From the IMG/VR virus record IMGVR_UViG_3300012039_000002, positions 64,001 through 128,000 of that record: a stretch of DNA of 64,000 bases. One strand, 5' to 3'. This DNA is from a virus. Below are positions 18,497 through 28,581 of the stretch, one piece after another (the first letter of the stretch is position 1; each line of letters opens with the position of its first letter). The notes beneath the pieces were generated by a model. It was given only the letters and a program-made list of their open reading frames with translations. It ran no database searches and was not told where the DNA came from. Both the position numbers and the translations under genes were made by a program.

Positions 18497-18881
18497 GCTG
18501 ACGGCAGAATCACGCAAAGATCCTGATGTTGGTGATGACGTAGAAGATTTTGCAATTAAGAAACTTCGAAAACAAGCAAAAAGAGAAATACGCGAAACGC
18601 TGTCTCGATTAATATATCGAGCGAAGTATAACCTCCCTCCTAATGACCCTCGTTTTCTCGATCTTACGGACGAAGATATCGTCTACGATTTGGTTCTTCA
18701 GTCCGAGTTCCGTAAATGGTCCGACGATACGCAGGAAGAAGAAACTGAAGACAATAAGACTATCTACAGAAACACTGAGGAATTTGAAAGCATCGCTAAG
18801 AGGCTTGAAAGAGGTGAGGATATAGACTTAGAATCAATGATGACTCCTGACGAAAACTGGGAAAAGGTAGATGGCTCCTAA
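18450..18881 (+). CDS. Tail assembly chaperone frameshift extension (gpGT-like)
   Basis: Overlapping frame with no good start of its own; YNLPPNDPRFLDLTDEDI motif typical of SPO1-like second chaperones. Confidence 0.75.
   Translation: MPFFVTRLQQNLLRRELTAESRKDPDVGDDVEDFAIKKLRKQAKREIRETLSRLIYRAKYNLPPNDPRFLDLTDEDIVYDLVLQSEFRKWSDDTQEEETEDNKTIYRNTEEFESIAKRLERGEDIDLESMMTPDENWEKVDGS
18452..18464 (+). other. Programmed ribosomal frameshift site (GCC TTT TTT CGT G), +1 or -2
   Basis: The downstream ORF is in the +1/-2 frame; the -1 frame stops at once (TCG TGA). Confidence 0.7.
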
Positions 18882-20598
18882 CGCTGACATTCAAGGATTA
18901 AGTAATCTTTTTAGGCAGTTCATGACGTCGCAAAGATCCGCGGGAACTACTGGAGGGATACATCCGTTTGGCCCTCCAGCTGGTGGCGACACTAAAGGCG
19001 ATCTTCCATCTGATTGGATGGATGAATTAAGAGACATTACAAAGGGTCACACTGACGGTTTCAAAAAAGTAACTGAAGATCACACCAAAGGCTTTAAGAG
19101 CGTCGCTGATGAATTTTGGTCTAGAGGCATTAAAGCTGAATCACTCACGGCTCTTCCACAAGCGCTCATCCGCGAAACTCTAAAATACTCATTCTTCCAA
19201 GGTTATCAGATTCAAGGTGGAACTGCTGGCGATTCTGCTAGAGGAAGCCTCGAAAGACTGAATTCTGCGGGCAACATAATGGCGATTGCTGCAGGCACGC
19301 TATTGACTGTTGCTACTGTGGCGTCTGGCGGTACATTGGGTGGCGCTGCTGCTTTGGGTGGCGCACTAACAGGCGGCATGATGGGAACTGGTATCGCTAC
19401 TAGAATTGCTGCTGCTAGTAGGACAGCAAAAGATGTCACTGTGGAAGCTGAAGTAATAAAACAATTTCAGCAGTCTAGAGAAAGCAAGGTCTTACAATAC
19501 GAACAGTCGTTGATGATGCATTTGATGGGTGCTAGAACAGGTTCATACGCGGCTAATCTTGGCGTCGGCGGTCCTGTTATGGACAAAGACATGATTAAGC
19601 GCACTCTATTGAGCGAACAAGAATTTACCGCAGCTTGGGTAGACGCAGCTCGTGCTGGTGGTGCCAAGGGCATGGACATGCTGTCGAAAGATATGAAAGG
19701 CAAAGGCACTATTGCAAGAATGTGGGAGCAGGGCTTGACGGGTCCCGATTTTGCTCAGACGATGGTGATGGCTGCTACTTCTGCTAGATATGGAATGGGT
19801 GCTGATCGCTTTGAGGGAATGACAAGAAGGACGGGATTGCAACCTTCAGAGTGGCTTGGCGCTGCCATGGGAGCTCAAACAAGGTATCATATGTTCGGTG
19901 CGAATGTAGGAGCCAATTTGGCGTATGGCGTTGGCGGCACTGAATTGGGTAGAATGAACATGGGTGCCGGTATGGGATTCTTAGCTCAAATGGGTCAGGG
20001 TTCTGCAGGCCAGCAAGACGAAGCTGTTTCTATGTTGCAATACCGAAACTTTTTAGAGGCTAATCCTGGGTCTTCTTACCTTGATTTCGTCGAGGCTAAG
20101 AGAAATGGAGAGGCTGATCCTAGATGGCGCAGAGCAATGGGTGCTATGGCAGGCTCTGGTGCGGGTGGCGGTTGGGCAGGTTTAGCGGCCGCTACTCAGA
20201 TGGGCATTGCACCTGGACAAGTGGGTAGGGCAGGGCAATTCTTGGCTCAAATGGAAAGAGGCGGAAACGCTGCTAGTGGTCAAACAGGCGTTCCACAGAA
20301 TCTGGCAGGAATGAGAGACACTGTAGGCGAATCATTATCGCAAGTGTACAACTTAAACGAAAAACAAATGCTACTTCTTTCTGATAATGTTAAAGTTCTT
20401 GATAGCGTAAACGAAAAAACCAATGAAGCAATCGATAAAATGAAGACGTATAATGACACTGTAATTTTGGGCACTGACAATATAAACAATCTAAACAAAA
20501 GCTTCTTCCAAATGATAGATAGCTGGGCTGAAAGAATGTACAAAGAATCGGGTAAAGGACCTGGCGGAGACACATTTACATCCGACATTAGTGGATAA
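18871..20598 (+). CDS. Tape measure protein
   Basis: Gly/Ala/Met-rich helical protein with a hydrophobic segment, directly after the chaperones. Confidence 0.8.
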   Translation: MAPNADIQGLSNLFRQFMTSQRSAGTTGGIHPFGPPAGGDTKGDLPSDWMDELRDITKGHTDGFKKVTEDHTKGFKSVADEFWSRGIKAESLTALPQALIRETLKYSFFQGYQIQGGTAGDSARGSLERLNSAGNIMAIAAGTLLTVATVASGGTLGGAAALGGALTGGMMGTGIATRIAAASRTAKDVTVEAEVIKQFQQSRESKVLQYEQSLMMHLMGARTGSYAANLGVGGPVMDKDMIKRTLLSEQEFTAAWVDAARAGGAKGMDMLSKDMKGKGTIARMWEQGLTGPDFAQTMVMAATSARYGMGADRFEGMTRRTGLQPSEWLGAAMGAQTRYHMFGANVGANLAYGVGGTELGRMNMGAGMGFLAQMGQGSAGQQDEAVSMLQYRNFLEANPGSSYLDFVEAKRNGEADPRWRRAMGAMAGSGAGGGWAGLAAATQMGIAPGQVGRAGQFLAQMERGGNAASGQTGVPQNLAGMRDTVGESLSQVYNLNEKQMLLLSDNVKVLDSVNEKTNEAIDKMKTYNDTVILGTDNINNLNKSFFQMIDSWAERMYKESGKGPGGDTFTSDISG

Positions 20599-22859
20599 TG
20601 CAACAGATACTTAAATTCAAAATAGAGCTATTCGACGTAAGAATGAAAACATCCATCACGGTAGTCGATGACACTAATCTTGTAAGCAACATCCAGATAA
20701 ATAAGGGCATCACACTAGACAACACTGCTACGATAACATTTGCTAAAAGCAAAACATACAACCTACTTGATATGGAGAAGAGCTTAAAGCTCTATAACTA
20801 TGTTAAAATAGAGCTTGATTTGCAAACGTATGATCCGCAAGGTGGCAATAAGTTTTGGTTCTCTGGTTTCATACAAAGCATAAACAAGTCTGCCAATTTT
20901 GGCATGAGTCCGAACGCTACAGTTTCTATCACTGTAACCGACTATGCTAATTTGATGAAGACGACTTTTTATACTAAAAACCTTACGTTCCTTGAAATAT
21001 TGAATCAGGCTGTTCCGGAGTTTAGATTAGTAAATCTGTCAAAAGAATTAGGCGCTGATAGTGAAAAGTTGCTGACCGATTTCTACTCGCCCACTCAGCT
21101 CGGGTTCATTTTCTTTCTGTTTTTGTATTTCAAGTTTATGTACAGAATTTTGTATGAAACTGACGGAAGCACTAAAAAGACTGCCGCGCCTGATAGTAGA
21201 GAAATCTTTAAGAAATTCAAAGTGTACATGCCCTTTGGATTCGAAATAGCGGGAAACAAGTCTATGCTAAATGGACAGGAGCAGACGCTAACGTTATACA
21301 AACAACTTCAAGGCGTCGCTCTTGATTTGTTCAAGTATATTTATCCCGAGCCTATTTTTGAGTTCAATACTTTTGAGACGTATGACACTGTGATTTTAAT
21401 GATTAGGTTGACGCCGTTTATGAAGTTTGACAGGCCCTACAATTCGCCAACTGAAATTAGTGTCGGAGAACAAGATGTAGGAATGTTAGATACGTGGGCT
21501 ACTACCAGCGCTTCATCCCGAGGGGCATCTTTTTACGCAGATTCATATAACGTCATAGAGCGCTATGATTTTGGCTTCAATAGAATAAAGTCGTGCCGTG
21601 AGGCTCAGGGCGTTTCTCCCGCTACTCTATTAAGAGAGCATTTAGAAGAAACAAAAGCTAAAAAGCCAAAGAGAATTATCACGACGATTCAAAAAGCTAT
21701 TGGAAAATCTAAAAACATAAACGTTGACGACTTGATTGCTAACAATGATGAAGCGGACGAAATCACAGATCTGTTTTACAATGAGCAACCAATTGACACT
21801 AGATTTTTAGAATCTATGGCTATGACTAGATCGGCAAGTTCAGTTGTTAATGTGATCTGGACTGTCCCGACGACAGATACAGCTATACTTAAAATGTCTG
21901 GTAGAGAAATGGTCTACGCATTTCTAGAAGAAAAGCTCACTAAGCTAGGCGGAGAAGATAAATTCGGCAGCTATTTGCTACAGCAATTCAACGAAGGATT
22001 TAATCCCAACCCTGTCTTTTTGATGGACTACAAAAGCAAGCTTAGCGCTGGCGAGAACTTTGTATCAGGCGACATGAACTACTTTGGGTTTAGAGAATTT
22101 GAAATAAAATGGAATTATCTATCGCTTCTTTATAATTCTATGAGCTATATTCTCAACAATATAGATAAAAAGGTTTTAGCAGAGGCAAGAAAACTAAGCG
22201 CAAACACAACGCAGCAGAGAATTTTAGATAATGCTATGAGGAGATTGGCGGATCCTACTACTAGGTCGACTGAGGTTAAGGCCAATGGTAAAGTTGTTGA
22301 TCTTAGAAGAAAATGGGCAGAGAATACGGAGATAACAACAACAGGATCTGTAAGAACATATCAACAAACATCTAGAACGTCTAAAAAGCCCTCTAATGAT
22401 AAACAAAAGCAGATAAACGACGCTGTAAACCAGCAACTCTTTAAAGATGCGCTTGAAAGATACAGCGAAGAAGCGGGCTTGGGCAAGCTAAATAAAACAA
22501 ATATTCAAAACGCTAAGACAGTCGTTGCATTGCTTGATTACGCTAGAAAAGCAGACGATCAATTAATGACAGGATTTGTGAGCAAACTAAATGGTGTCGT
22601 TGCTGAAGCATATAGAGAAAACGAACACCTATACGATTGCACAATCTCGAAGCCGATTGATTTGTCCGTTCTTCCGGGAATGATTGTCAAGTCTTCAAGC
22701 GAAAGTTTTAAAGCATCTTCTCCATTCTTTAAAGGATATGTTACTGCTATATCCCATGCAATTAATTTTGGGACTGCTACTATGAAGACGTCTATTAACA
22801 TATCTAGAACAGCGTCCGATGATTCGGGCATTGTGGGCGCCCCTGTAGGTCCGGATTAA
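20598..22859 (+). CDS. Baseplate hub-like protein
   Basis: Position after TMP; N-terminal beta strands (WFSGFIQSI) and C-terminal VLPGM...GYVTAISHAINF...TSINISR hub pattern. Confidence 0.65.
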   Translation: MQQILKFKIELFDVRMKTSITVVDDTNLVSNIQINKGITLDNTATITFAKSKTYNLLDMEKSLKLYNYVKIELDLQTYDPQGGNKFWFSGFIQSINKSANFGMSPNATVSITVTDYANLMKTTFYTKNLTFLEILNQAVPEFRLVNLSKELGADSEKLLTDFYSPTQLGFIFFLFLYFKFMYRILYETDGSTKKTAAPDSREIFKKFKVYMPFGFEIAGNKSMLNGQEQTLTLYKQLQGVALDLFKYIYPEPIFEFNTFETYDTVILMIRLTPFMKFDRPYNSPTEISVGEQDVGMLDTWATTSASSRGASFYADSYNVIERYDFGFNRIKSCREAQGVSPATLLREHLEETKAKKPKRIITTIQKAIGKSKNINVDDLIANNDEADEITDLFYNEQPIDTRFLESMAMTRSASSVVNVIWTVPTTDTAILKMSGREMVYAFLEEKLTKLGGEDKFGSYLLQQFNEGFNPNPVFLMDYKSKLSAGENFVSGDMNYFGFREFEIKWNYLSLLYNSMSYILNNIDKKVLAEARKLSANTTQQRILDNAMRRLADPTTRSTEVKANGKVVDLRRKWAENTEITTTGSVRTYQQTSRTSKKPSNDKQKQINDAVNQQLFKDALERYSEEAGLGKLNKTNIQNAKTVVALLDYARKADDQLMTGFVSKLNGVVAEAYRENEHLYDCTISKPIDLSVLPGMIVKSSSESFKASSPFFKGYVTAISHAINFGTATMKTSINISRTASDDSGIVGAPVGPD

Positions 22860-23926
22860 TGAATAACTATCTATTAAACAAGAAGTCGACAGGTCCTAAC
22901 CGCGGCGCTGTATATTTCGCCAAAGTGCTGAGATTTTATCCTACGACTAATACGGCTGATGCTGTAGAAGCTGTAGATGGCGGCCGGACATTTCCTAACT
23001 GTCCTATATTGTGTTCTGTCCCTGCAGGTTTTGCTTACGGAACGAGATATTATCCAACGCATGACGATCAAAATACAGAAGCTGAATACGTAAATTCTCC
23101 GGGAGACATTTATTGCGTTGCGATGTACGTTGAGAATGATTATAATAGTTGCGTTATTATCGGCTTCATGTTCCCAACGCAAACAACATTGTCAATAGCG
23201 GAATACGGTTTGCATATATTTAGACACGAATCTGATGTTATATGGATGGTTCGTGGAGATGGAACAGTGCAGATCTACCATCCAAGCGGAAGCTTCATAA
23301 AGATTGGCGATGACGATACTAATGAGGTAGATGCCTCAAGAGCTGATGGTGGGCTTTATCCTTCCAGCACAGACGATTTATACCTCAGGCCACCAGATGA
23401 CTATAATAAGGCTAAAACTTCTAATTTATTCATTAATTGGTATAAGGGCCAGAAAGTCAAGCTTGATTCTGATGGCAATATCGTAGCCAGCACAGAGGAC
23501 GCTCAGGGAGCTGTAGTTTCTAGTCTGACAATGACCCCAGATGGCAAAGTCACCGTTTTCTCAACAGATCAGGTTAATGTGAATACGAAAGATATTAACG
23601 TTACAGCGTCAGGCAATGTTGTGGCCAATGTCATAGGCAATGCTGATATTACAGTCGAAGGTGACGTAACTGCTAATGTGACTGGCGACGCGACTGCTAA
23701 TGTGACGGGTGACGCTACGGTAACTGCCAATAAGTCCAATGTCAATGCTCTTACTTCAGTCAATGTTGTCGCTACAACTATTGCTAATATCACCGGAGGT
23801 ACAGGAGTCAATATTACTGCCGTCACAGGGCCTATTGTGATTTCCGCTCCAACGAACAAAGTGCTCGTGCAAGGAACGCATCCGTCAGGCTACACTGCAA
23901 CCAATTTTGGCGTGTACTACAACTAG
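22859..23926 (+). CDS. Baseplate central spike (gpV/gp5-like)
   Basis: OB-fold-like N-terminus, HESD and HPSGSFIKI motifs, and VTGDATAN beta-helix repeats. Confidence 0.8.
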   Translation: MNNYLLNKKSTGPNRGAVYFAKVLRFYPTTNTADAVEAVDGGRTFPNCPILCSVPAGFAYGTRYYPTHDDQNTEAEYVNSPGDIYCVAMYVENDYNSCVIIGFMFPTQTTLSIAEYGLHIFRHESDVIWMVRGDGTVQIYHPSGSFIKIGDDDTNEVDASRADGGLYPSSTDDLYLRPPDDYNKAKTSNLFINWYKGQKVKLDSDGNIVASTEDAQGAVVSSLTMTPDGKVTVFSTDQVNVNTKDINVTASGNVVANVIGNADITVEGDVTANVTGDATANVTGDATVTANKSNVNALTSVNVVATTIANITGGTGVNITAVTGPIVISAPTNKVLVQGTHPSGYTATNFGVYYN

Positions 23927-23937
23927 AAAGAATTTAA

Positions 23938-26688
23938 ATGGCTATATTCAATCCAAATACTAGAAATCTCATAGTGCTTTCTGTGAAGCTGCGATCTGCT
24001 GCAGAGGAAATAGACTATTTGTTTCCTTTGAATCCCAACTCTCTTACTACGAATCAAGCAAGTAGGGTGAGCGCCACATTTACGTACGGGGCTAAAGTAT
24101 TCCAGAATCTTGGAGCTGGGTTGAAGACTATTTCGATTGAAGGTCATACTGGATATCGAATGGATTACGCTAAATATGGAACTCGAGGATTCACAAGTGA
24201 TCTAGCTTCTGGGGCAGAAGACTTAAGTGATAAGGCCAGCCCTCAGGCTGGTAAGAAGCACTGGCTAGATTTGTACGCATTGATTCAGTTGATAAAAGGC
24301 GAAAACAAGTTTATCCGAAAATTCGCGTCTATTTCTGACACTTTCTCCGTTGATAACATCGATAATATTGAGTCAGTAAAGCTAACAGTTCCCGATCAAG
24401 GCATTACGTATGATGTCTTACTTCAAAATGACAGTTTCTTAAGAAATAGGGAGCAACCACACCTCTACAAGTACAAGCTTGATTTCATCGTAGTGCAGGA
24501 ATTTATTGGCGCTCCACGTAAGCGTGAGGAAGTATCTATTGCTCGCCCTGATTTAGGCACGACTGTTAATTTCTGCAAGAAAATGGTAAACGATCTTAAG
24601 AGCATAAAGGATGGGATCAAAAAAGCTGTCTATGCTATTCCCTTTGCCAAAGAGGCTTTTGATCTAGTAGAAGATGGCTTCGTTTTAGCTGAGCAGTCGA
24701 CAACGTATGCAAACTTTTTCATTACACAAGCGAACTCTGCTATTTCAGATCTTCGTCGTCTCGAAAGAATGACTGACGCGGTCAATAAGGTTTCGGCTAA
24801 TGTTGGGCTAATTAAGGGCGTGGTTCTGCAGCTCAAGACTTTCTCTAGTCTCCAGGCGGCATTTTACGAACCATATGTTTCTTTAAAGCATCTTAAGTCA
24901 CAATTGAATTTGCTAAAAACAGCTATGCGTGGCGAGCAAGAGCAGCTAGCTTTTAACGTTAATCTTACAAGACTTGCTTCTATATCTGCGCCGGTTACTG
25001 TTGCTGCGAATAAAGCAACGGTGGCTCAGTTTCAGAAAGATATACGTCAATTAAGCAGAATCACATTCCCTCTTCCAGTAGATCGTGTTGAGGAAATAAC
25101 AACTGACGGTGTGACTAAAATAAACGTTTTCTTTAAGACAGCTCCGTCTTCTCTGGGCGTATCTGGCATGAAGATTTTTGTTGCTAATGATTTCGGAAGC
25201 GAAAACGATCTTGTCGAATCATTTAGCGATAGCAATTTAGTAATGTCGACGAACTATAATACTTCTGGCTTCTTGTACAATTTTGTAATCGAATACAACT
25301 ATACAACTTTTGAATCAATTGTTCAGCCAAGATACAAGAGCATTAAGAGAATATTGATTCAGAAGGGCGAAACGATTGAGACTATAGTAAAGAAATACGC
25401 CGCATCAGAAGCCAATTATTCTCAATCATATCTTTCAGAGGTGGCTTATCTTAATAGAATAGAATATCCATATGTAGTGACTTCAGACAACCCTAATTTT
25501 GAGGCCTATTTTGGTTCATATGGATACAAGATATTCACTACAAGAGGAGAGTTCCTTAGATACATAAACAACATTGACACTACGATATACAACAGCGTAG
25601 ATCTTCCTGTCTACGATGTGACGGACTCTCTTGCGTCAAACTATATTGATCTTGATGATCCAGCAAAATTCTTATTGCAACAGCAAGAGTTGATCGACCA
25701 GATAAGAATAGAGCCAAACACGAAATTTTTTGTACTGCTGTTTAAAGAAACATATTCTAATAGATGCTACGCGCTATTTGGAATCTTTAACTCGACAAAT
25801 GCGCTCCCGTATAAATTGTTCAACGCTGATTCCTATGTGATTTGCGCTCTAGAAAAGGGCAGATCTTACGATGTTGATAACAATGCTTTATTTGAGATAT
25901 TGAGCCCGTATACTGCGACGGGTGACTTAGTTGAATATTATGGGCAAACTGCGTATTTTGAAACACTTACCGATACGCTGTTCAATAATTTAGTTTCTGT
26001 AATAGATCAAATCTATATCGCGAATGTAGGTTCTTTCGTGCAAGTGGGTTCGTTCCCATTCACTCAAGACGACAAGACGTTCCTATCTGGTGATTTAGAC
26101 AATGCTAATTACGCTATTTTAACAAACTTTACAGCAGCTGGGGCGTTAGCTTACAGTGAATATTCAATCGCCGCTTTTAGCGTTTACAAGATATTGACAG
26201 ATGGACAAGAAATTCTTCTTCCTTCTTTGGAGAATACATTCTTGCCGTTTACAGAAGCTTTTTCTAGAGAAGACACATACAAGGTTGATCTTGATGTAAG
26301 ATTCCATTATCTTGATGATGTACATGTGTCTATTCTGCCTCGCCCTGATCTTGGCCCGGGCCCTAATGGATACGAGCAAGGCTATCTAGATTTCAGATTG
26401 ATTAGCGGATTAGACAACATAAAGCAAGCTATTATGAATAGATTAGAATGCCCTCAGGGTGGACTAATTTTACATCGTGATTACGGTTTGCCTGTTTTAC
26501 TTGGCAAGAAAAACACTCTTGAGCACCTCATACTGTTGAGGTACAATTTGTTCAATCAGCTCATGTCAGACTTGCGCGTAAGATCTGTAGACGATATGCA
26601 ACTAAAGAGCGTAGCGGATTATATAAACGCTCAGGCATCTATTACGCTTGTTAATAACGATGAAACAATTGTTAAGACTACTCTATAA
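23938..26688 (+). CDS. Fused baseplate protein: tube-initiator-like + LysM-like + gp25-like domains
   Basis: N-terminal FPLNPNSL...TISIEGHTG; middle IQKGETIETIVKKY...LNRIEYPY; C-terminal SGLDNIKQAIMNRLECPQGGLILHRDYG. Confidence 0.7.
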   Translation: MAIFNPNTRNLIVLSVKLRSAAEEIDYLFPLNPNSLTTNQASRVSATFTYGAKVFQNLGAGLKTISIEGHTGYRMDYAKYGTRGFTSDLASGAEDLSDKASPQAGKKHWLDLYALIQLIKGENKFIRKFASISDTFSVDNIDNIESVKLTVPDQGITYDVLLQNDSFLRNREQPHLYKYKLDFIVVQEFIGAPRKREEVSIARPDLGTTVNFCKKMVNDLKSIKDGIKKAVYAIPFAKEAFDLVEDGFVLAEQSTTYANFFITQANSAISDLRRLERMTDAVNKVSANVGLIKGVVLQLKTFSSLQAAFYEPYVSLKHLKSQLNLLKTAMRGEQEQLAFNVNLTRLASISAPVTVAANKATVAQFQKDIRQLSRITFPLPVDRVEEITTDGVTKINVFFKTAPSSLGVSGMKIFVANDFGSENDLVESFSDSNLVMSTNYNTSGFLYNFVIEYNYTTFESIVQPRYKSIKRILIQKGETIETIVKKYAASEANYSQSYLSEVAYLNRIEYPYVVTSDNPNFEAYFGSYGYKIFTTRGEFLRYINNIDTTIYNSVDLPVYDVTDSLASNYIDLDDPAKFLLQQQELIDQIRIEPNTKFFVLLFKETYSNRCYALFGIFNSTNALPYKLFNADSYVICALEKGRSYDVDNNALFEILSPYTATGDLVEYYGQTAYFETLTDTLFNNLVSVIDQIYIANVGSFVQVGSFPFTQDDKTFLSGDLDNANYAILTNFTAAGALAYSEYSIAAFSVYKILTDGQEILLPSLENTFLPFTEAFSREDTYKVDLDVRFHYLDDVHVSILPRPDLGPGPNGYEQGYLDFRLISGLDNIKQAIMNRLECPQGGLILHRDYGLPVLLGKKNTLEHLILLRYNLFNQLMSDLRVRSVDDMQLKSVADYINAQASITLVNNDETIVKTTL

Positions 26689-26697
26689 GAGGATGAA

Positions 26698-28569
26698 ATG
26701 ACTGTACAAATCAAGAACGCTGATACGATAAAGACTGACTTCATTAATTTTCTGCGGTCAGCTATAGAAGAGAATGGCGGTCCTAACGTCACTGACTATA
26801 ACATAGGCAGCGTTTTGAACGTCTTAGTGGAGGCGTTTTCAGATGTCCTCGAGAACTATTACTATGATCTCTTTCAAGTTACAAGAGATTCGTTGGAGAA
26901 TATTTACAACGGTTTCAACTTCTTTAAGCAGCCGGGCAAGAAAGCCTTAGTTGAGCTGGCGGTTTATATCGATGCGGATCCGGGCAATTTGGACGTTAAT
27001 GTGTTTTCAATTCCTAGAGGCACTAAAATATCGACGGACGACGGTACGGTTGTCTTTGAAATTATTGACGACTATATTCAACCCACTCAAGTGTCCGGTT
27101 CGGGAGAATTCACAGGCAAGACAGAGTACTTTGCGCATGCGACATGCACTGAGACTGGTACAAGTGGCAACGTAGCTGCCAATGCATTGACAAAATTTGA
27201 TTCTACTATCGTCAACATAAACGGGGTAGCTTATTGGATTAGACACTCCTCAGCTTCTGGTGGCGCCGATTCGGAATCAGAAGAAAATATGAAGCTGAGA
27301 TTTCAGAAATATCTTATATCTCTTAGGAGAGGCACAAAAGAGTCTCTTGAATATGCTTTGGCAACAAACGCGGCTTTCTCAGGACTTATGTATTCTATAA
27401 GCGGTTTTAGATTCCTGTATTTAGTAAAGCAGCCGTATCAGTCTGTTGGTACAAATAATTATCCTGACGATTTGACTCTTTCTAATAAATTCTATCCGTC
27501 GTACACCTTATTTACAAACGACGACTCGTTTAGTAGAGAGCCTTTTTATCTATATGTAGGCGCTGACGAAAAATTCTTTAATCTTCTGTTCTCGACGCAG
27601 ACAGTGCCAGACGACCCTAATCCAGATGCTAACCCTGTTCAAGCGGCAGCCGATGGTCCTGCTGGCTATAAGATAATTGGAATCAATGCTCCTGATTACG
27701 CTGTGGGCAATCCGGGCGGCTATACTCCTGTGAACGGAGGCATAGAATATTACGACGTCATAACACAGACTTGGGAGCAATTGGACGTGTTAAACGTCAC
27801 TTTGTCCGGCGTTGATTGGTACGAATTGATTCCTGAGCAATATTTGTCTTGGACGCTAGATACAACCAGATGGGGCAAGTATCAAATTAGAGATTATAAC
27901 GCATATTTCATAAGAATAAATATGCGAAAAGCCCATGCGGGTCAATTAAATCTAGACGTCTACAAGATTATGACGTATCCATTTCCTGGCTATATTGATG
28001 TCTATTGCTTAAAGAACTATAGGGATTCAGTTACTACAGCGGATAAGACGCTGATTACAGAATCTATTGACAACTATAAAGCTGCGGGCGTAATAACTAC
28101 CGTTTCGCCAGCCACAGTTGTTCAGATGCATCCAATGATTATTATACACACTAGTGATCTCACTAATTCGCTAATACCATCTGATATAGTAGACAACATT
28201 AGGGCAGATGTTATAGCGTTTTCTAACACAAAAAATATTAGTGCAGATTTTGTTAGAAATGAACTTTACGCATATTTGTATCAAAGGTATAATCAATACG
28301 GCAATCTCTACATATATTACAGATATGATCCCTCTATATACGAGGACATAACCAACGAAGTGTTTAAAGAGGGGTTTAAAGATCAAGTTTTAGACGCGTC
28401 TATAAATGAAAAGATTGACTTATTGCTGTCTGACATTTACGTCGTTCGCAATTTGAATGCTTTAGTCAACACATTTACTGACTACCAATACTATGATAGC
28501 GCTCCAAATTATAGTAATTACTATAAAGATCCTGGTGCATCTGCACTGGATACATTCACTGCTTACTAA
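26698..28569 (+). CDS. Baseplate wedge J-like protein
   Basis: VTDYNIGSVLNVLVEA, IPRGT, CTETGTSGNV, GGADSESEE, RRGTKESLEY, PGYIDVY and YKAAGV. Confidence 0.9.
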   Translation: MTVQIKNADTIKTDFINFLRSAIEENGGPNVTDYNIGSVLNVLVEAFSDVLENYYYDLFQVTRDSLENIYNGFNFFKQPGKKALVELAVYIDADPGNLDVNVFSIPRGTKISTDDGTVVFEIIDDYIQPTQVSGSGEFTGKTEYFAHATCTETGTSGNVAANALTKFDSTIVNINGVAYWIRHSSASGGADSESEENMKLRFQKYLISLRRGTKESLEYALATNAAFSGLMYSISGFRFLYLVKQPYQSVGTNNYPDDLTLSNKFYPSYTLFTNDDSFSREPFYLYVGADEKFFNLLFSTQTVPDDPNPDANPVQAAADGPAGYKIIGINAPDYAVGNPGGYTPVNGGIEYYDVITQTWEQLDVLNVTLSGVDWYELIPEQYLSWTLDTTRWGKYQIRDYNAYFIRINMRKAHAGQLNLDVYKIMTYPFPGYIDVYCLKNYRDSVTTADKTLITESIDNYKAAGVITTVSPATVVQMHPMIIIHTSDLTNSLIPSDIVDNIRADVIAFSNTKNISADFVRNELYAYLYQRYNQYGNLYIYYRYDPSIYEDITNEVFKEGFKDQVLDASINEKIDLLLSDIYVVRNLNALVNTFTDYQYYDSAPNYSNYYKDPGASALDTFTAY

Positions 28570-28581
28570 GAGAGGAATAAG

